Of a stretch of 64,000 bases of DNA, positions 60,375 through 64,000 are shown piece by piece. The position numbers and the translations under genes are program-made. The notes below the pieces were generated by a model. That model was given only the letters and a program-made list of their open reading frames with translations, was not told where the DNA came from and made no database searches. Where the stretch lies: NCBI GenBank assembly GCA_963702845.1, contig OY969763.1, positions 448,001 to 512,000 of the forward strand, read 5' to 3'. Within the stretch, counting starts at the first letter, position 1; the number at the start of each line of letters is the position of its first letter. The DNA comes from an uncultured Verrucomicrobiae bacterium. Lineage in GTDB: Bacteria; Verrucomicrobiota; Verrucomicrobiia; Limisphaerales; Palsa-1400.

Positions 60375-61844
60375 GAAAAACTGCCTTCAGCCGATAAAAC
60401 CTTCTGGAAAGCAGTTTCCATCGCCGCCTTCTCCAATGCGTTCAGTGATGAGCGTCGCAAACTCGACGACAAAATCATCGGCCCTTTCACGGGCTCGGAA
60501 ATCGAACGCGTTACCGCCTTGAAAGAAATCCTCGCTGCAAAAGCGCTGACGCTCGATGTTCGCGGGTTGGGCAGTTTCCAAAAATTCTCCGACGAAGACC
60601 GCGAAATCACGCGAATCGGTTTTCTTTTCGAGGTCTTTCATCGCTACTGCCTCGATTTCGATCAATTGATCGAGACCCAATCGCGCGCCGGAAGTTCAAG
60701 CTGCGCCGTTCCATTCGCCCAGGAAGCTTTGGCGCATCTCACCCGCCGCGGATTCACGCCCCAGGATGCCGTTCGGTTCTTCGGCATCTTCTACCAACTC
60801 CGCCGCGCTTACTTTTTCATTTTTCACGGGCTGATTGGCCAAAGCCCGTGCATGAAACAATTGCGTGCGCATTTGTGGAACAACGTCTTTACCTCAGACA
60901 TCCGCTGGTATGACCGCTACCTCTGGAACCGCATGGAAGACTTTTCCACGCTGCTGTTGGGTGAAACAGGAACAGGCAAAGGTGCGGCCGCCGCCGCTAT
61001 CGGACGCTCTGGCTTCATTCCATTTAACCCGGACCAGAATCGATTCGCCGAAAGCTTCACTGCAAATTTCATATCGCTCAACCTCTCGCAATTTCCCGAA
61101 ACCCTCATCGAATCCGAATTGTTCGGTCACAAAAAAGGCGCGTTCACCGGCGCAATTGAAAACCATCAGGGCGCCTTCGCCCGCTGCAGCCCTCATGGCG
61201 CGATTTTTCTGGACGAAATCGGCGACGTCTCAACTCCGATCCAAATCAAGCTCCTTCAGGTATTGCAAGAACGCTCCTTCTCGCCGGTCGGCAGTCATGT
61301 CGCGCTCCGTTTTCGCGGGCGCGTCATCGCGGCCACCAATCAGCCGCTTGACCGCTTGCGTCGGGAAAAAACTTTTCGTGACGATTTCTTTTACCGGCTT
61401 TGCTCGGATTCAATTGTCCTGCCAGCTTTGCGCCAGCGCTTGAGCGAAATGCCGGAGGAACTGGATCTGCTCCTCGAGCACATCGTCGAGCGCATGATCG
61501 GCGACAAAGCCTCGGAACTGACCACGAACGTCCGCGATCGCTTGCTGGCCTCGGTCGGTCCGGACTACCACTGGCCCGGCAACGTCCGCGAATTGGAACA
61601 AGCCATCCGCCAAATCTTCCTGACACAACGTTACCAACGCGATGATGCAGGCGTTGTTCGCGATTCACGCGGCGAACTCCTGGCCGCAATCGACGAGGGC
61701 AATCAGGCCGCCGAATGGCTCCTGTCAAAATATTGCCAGATCCTTTACCAGCGCCACGGCACCTACCGCGAAGTCGCACAAATCACCAAACTCGACGTGC
61801 GCACCGTGAAAAAATATTTGAGCGTTTGCTCTGCCCAGGCATAG
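60369..61844 (+). CDS. Sigma54-dependent enhancer-binding protein with an unassigned N-terminal domain
   Basis: GETGTGKG, ESELFGHKKGAFTGA, FLDEIG, FRDDFFYRL, WPGNVRELE, C-terminal HTH. Confidence 0.93.
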   Translation: MSEKLPSADKTFWKAVSIAAFSNAFSDERRKLDDKIIGPFTGSEIERVTALKEILAAKALTLDVRGLGSFQKFSDEDREITRIGFLFEVFHRYCLDFDQLIETQSRAGSSSCAVPFAQEALAHLTRRGFTPQDAVRFFGIFYQLRRAYFFIFHGLIGQSPCMKQLRAHLWNNVFTSDIRWYDRYLWNRMEDFSTLLLGETGTGKGAAAAAIGRSGFIPFNPDQNRFAESFTANFISLNLSQFPETLIESELFGHKKGAFTGAIENHQGAFARCSPHGAIFLDEIGDVSTPIQIKLLQVLQERSFSPVGSHVALRFRGRVIAATNQPLDRLRREKTFRDDFFYRLCSDSIVLPALRQRLSEMPEELDLLLEHIVERMIGDKASELTTNVRDRLLASVGPDYHWPGNVRELEQAIRQIFLTQRYQRDDAGVVRDSRGELLAAIDEGNQAAEWLLSKYCQILYQRHGTYREVAQITKLDVRTVKKYLSVCSAQA

Positions 61845-62093
61845 CTCCCACCGCTAAACGATGTGACGCGCGGGCCCCATGGCTCACGACGCTCTGGCAT
61901 TTGCGAACCCGCTGACTCGTGTGACACTCCGCGAAGTAAAACAAAAGCGTCGGGTTAGCTTACAAAAAATGCGCGAATGACGGATTGTCTTACACAATTC
62001 TCTAACGAATTTTGGCAGACTAAACTGTATTACAGGTTTTAAACGCCTTCCTGATAAACGCTTGACAGGCTGTTGAAGAAATTTACCAAGCGG

Positions 62094-62110
62094 TTGGCAT
62101 GGCATACGCT
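62094..62110 (+). promoter_or_regulatory. Sigma54 -24/-12 promoter of the mini sorting-signal gene
   Basis: TTGGCATGGCATACGCT with GG-N10-GC spacing, 100 bp before the ATG. Confidence 0.65.
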
Positions 62111-62209
62111 GATAAATAGGTCCCCCAAGGAAGCAACCGTATCGAAGATCGATACGAACCAGGAATAGAGTAACAAACGATCCCGTTAATTCAAAAATAT
62201 AATCAAACT

Positions 62210-62374
62210 ATGAAACTCCTGAAATTCGCAGTGATCGCCATGGCCTTATTGGTCACCGTCAATAGCGCTTTTGCCGGCGCCGTCCATGTGCCCGATACCG
62301 CATCGACTTCGTCTTTGCTCGGCATAGGCTTGGTCGGTCTGGCTAGCCTTAGAGCATACCTTAGCAGGAAATAG
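62210..62374 (+). CDS. 54-aa VPDSG-CTERM-type (PEP-CTERM clan) protein; below the ORF-track cutoff
   Basis: MKLLKFAVIAMALLVTVNSAFA-GAVH-VPDTASTSSLLGIGLVGLASLRAYLSRK*: signal peptide, VPD motif, TM helix and basic tail. Confidence 0.85.
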   Translation: MKLLKFAVIAMALLVTVNSAFAGAVHVPDTASTSSLLGIGLVGLASLRAYLSRK

Positions 62375-62399
62375 AACATTCCTTGTTGTAATTCACAGG

Positions 62400-62438
62400 C
62401 TGGTGGGCGTAGCAACTTCTTTGCCCGCCCACCAGTTT
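62400..62438 (+). terminator. Hairpin after the mini gene
   Basis: CTGGTGGGCG...CGCCCACCAG followed by TTT. Confidence 0.6.
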
Positions 62439-62655
62439 CATGCCATCTATCATTTTGGCTAGTTATTGCCTTTGATAGCTTTCCGTTTGGCCGCTTCTAA
62501 TTGCTGCATTGCGTTTAAAGGCCCGTCGAGAGAGAGAGATTCGGACTGGAAAATGTGCCGGGACCAAAAATCGCAGGATTCATCGGCTCGTTCCGCGTCA
62601 GTTCCAAAAAAGCAAATCCCTTTGACCATTGGCGCGGTGTTGAACACGATGCGGC

Positions 62656-63876
62656 GTGGCACGAACCCAACTTGTCCTCGGTTTAACTTTTCTTTTCGTT
62701 TCAACTGTCCTTGCCGATGACTGGCCGCAATTGCTTGGCCCTGGGCGCAACGGAATCTGGCACGGTCCCGCCATCCGCAGTGATTGGGACGCGCGCCCGC
62801 CCAAAACTCTTTGGCGCAAGAAAACAGGCTTAGGCTATAGCTGCCCCGTCGTTGCTCGCGGAAAAATTATCCTCTTCCATCGCATTGCCGCAGAAGAAGT
62901 CGTCGAGTGCCTCGATCGCGACAGGGGCAACACCGTTTGGAAATTCGCCTATCCAACAAAGTTTCGTGACGGCACACACATTGATGACGGCCCAAGGGCC
63001 ACACCTGCAATCGACGGCGACCACGTTTACAGCTACGGCGCGGAAGGATGGCTGCATTGCCTCGACTTAAATACTGGCAAAAAGATCTGGGGCTTCGATG
63101 CCAAGACGAAATTCAAGGCGGACCGCCGTTGGCATGGAATGATTTCCTCGCCGCTCATCGAAGGTAACGCGCTGCTTCTCAACATCGGTTCCACCAACGC
63201 CGCTGGTATTGTCGCATTCAACAAGAACGACGGCTCGACGCTATGGACCTCCACAAGTGACAAGTTCACTGGCTCATCGCCGGTCTGCGCCAATATCGAA
63301 GGCAAACGCAGCGCGGTGTTTGTCACCTCCGGTTTTCTGGTCGGTGTCGATCCCGCCAATGGCAAAGAGCAATTTCGCACGCGCTGGGGCTCAACAGCCT
63401 TTACCGCAGTCATGGCTTCATCACCGGTGATTGTGTCCAACTCCATTTTCGTTTCCGCCTTTTACGGCGTTGGCGGAACATTGTTCAAGATCAATCACGG
63501 TTCTGCCACCAAAGTCTGGAGTTCCTCGGAACTGTCCACACATTACCAAACCGCCCTCTACAAGGATGGTTACCTCTATGCATCCGATGGGCACCAGTCC
63601 GAACAATCAACTTTGCGTTGCGTTGAACTGGCTACGGGCAAAGTGCAATGGAGCAACGATGAACTAGGTGCATCCAATCAGGTGCTCGTCAACGACGACC
63701 TCCTCCTGCTGACCCAGCGCGGCGAACTCATTCTCGCGTCGGCATCGCCGAAAGGAGTGAAAATCAAAGCGCGCACGCATATTCTTTCCGGCTTGGTTCG
63801 CGCCTATCCCGCAGTGACCGATGGCTTTCTTGTCGGACGCAGTCAGGGTGAGATAGTTTGTGTCGATTTACGGTAG
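62656..63876 (+). CDS. Secreted PQQ-like (BamB-like) beta-propeller protein
   Basis: ADDWPQLLGPGRNG, GYSCPVV, GPRATP, CLD..TGK.IW blades. Confidence 0.9.
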   Translation: MARTQLVLGLTFLFVSTVLADDWPQLLGPGRNGIWHGPAIRSDWDARPPKTLWRKKTGLGYSCPVVARGKIILFHRIAAEEVVECLDRDRGNTVWKFAYPTKFRDGTHIDDGPRATPAIDGDHVYSYGAEGWLHCLDLNTGKKIWGFDAKTKFKADRRWHGMISSPLIEGNALLLNIGSTNAAGIVAFNKNDGSTLWTSTSDKFTGSSPVCANIEGKRSAVFVTSGFLVGVDPANGKEQFRTRWGSTAFTAVMASSPVIVSNSIFVSAFYGVGGTLFKINHGSATKVWSSSELSTHYQTALYKDGYLYASDGHQSEQSTLRCVELATGKVQWSNDELGASNQVLVNDDLLLLTQRGELILASASPKGVKIKARTHILSGLVRAYPAVTDGFLVGRSQGEIVCVDLR

Positions 63877-63934
63877 GGTCGTCCCATTTGTAGTCCGCTT
63901 CATGCGCCGTAACCTCGTTTCGATCCCGTACAAA

Positions 63935-64000
63935 CTACGGCAGTTTCAGGCGGAAAAAGCTCGGCGAATTTGTCGTTGGCAGGGTGACGCTCAACGTGCC
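63935..64000 (-). CDS. C-terminus of a secreted protein that extends beyond the window
   Basis: ...GTLSVTLPTTNSPSFFRLKLP*, a typical verrucomicrobial FFRL ending. Confidence 0.65.
   Translation of the reverse strand, partial: GTLSVTLPTTNSPSFFRLKLP

Overview
64 kb of bacterial chromosome, most likely Verrucomicrobiota (Pedosphaerales/Limisphaerales-like). That assignment is inferred from a VPDSG-CTERM-type sorting tail, C-terminal 'S.DL.NW...F(Y/F)R(L/V)' domains and PATR/Ig/DUF5011 surface proteins. Content: a WD40 protein; two GH9 paralogs, one a 1897-aa multidomain enzyme; a broken toxin-antitoxin pair; glycosylation/EPS-type genes (GT4, epimerase, sulfotransferase, GT-C-like, STELLO); a 2.3-kaa adhesin; a DEAD-box helicase; a core block (xerC-like, aroE, pilD, aroC); a GH25 lysozyme; an accessory patchwork (beta-helix protein, IorAB-like Mo enzyme, sulfatase, Gfo/Idh/MocA, a paralog pair, esterase); and a sigma54 activator / VIT-vWA / rhombosortase cassette. 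No rRNA, tRNA, CRISPR array or transposase was seen. Several genes at 7-16 kb and the helicase start carry indels, probably at least partly assembly errors. Most interesting items, none in the ORF track as such: (1) a 54-aa VPDSG-CTERM-type protein with almost no passenger, behind a sigma54 promoter; (2) three orphan promoter + gene-start stubs placed in front of unrelated genes; (3) a consensus sigma70 promoter plus boxA leading into non-coding DNA; (4) an offset Cys pattern suggesting inter-domain disulfide staples in the adhesin; (5) a pair of small lipoproteins sharing an H-x-D-T-H-P-E motif. All family calls are by-eye motif recognition, not database searches.
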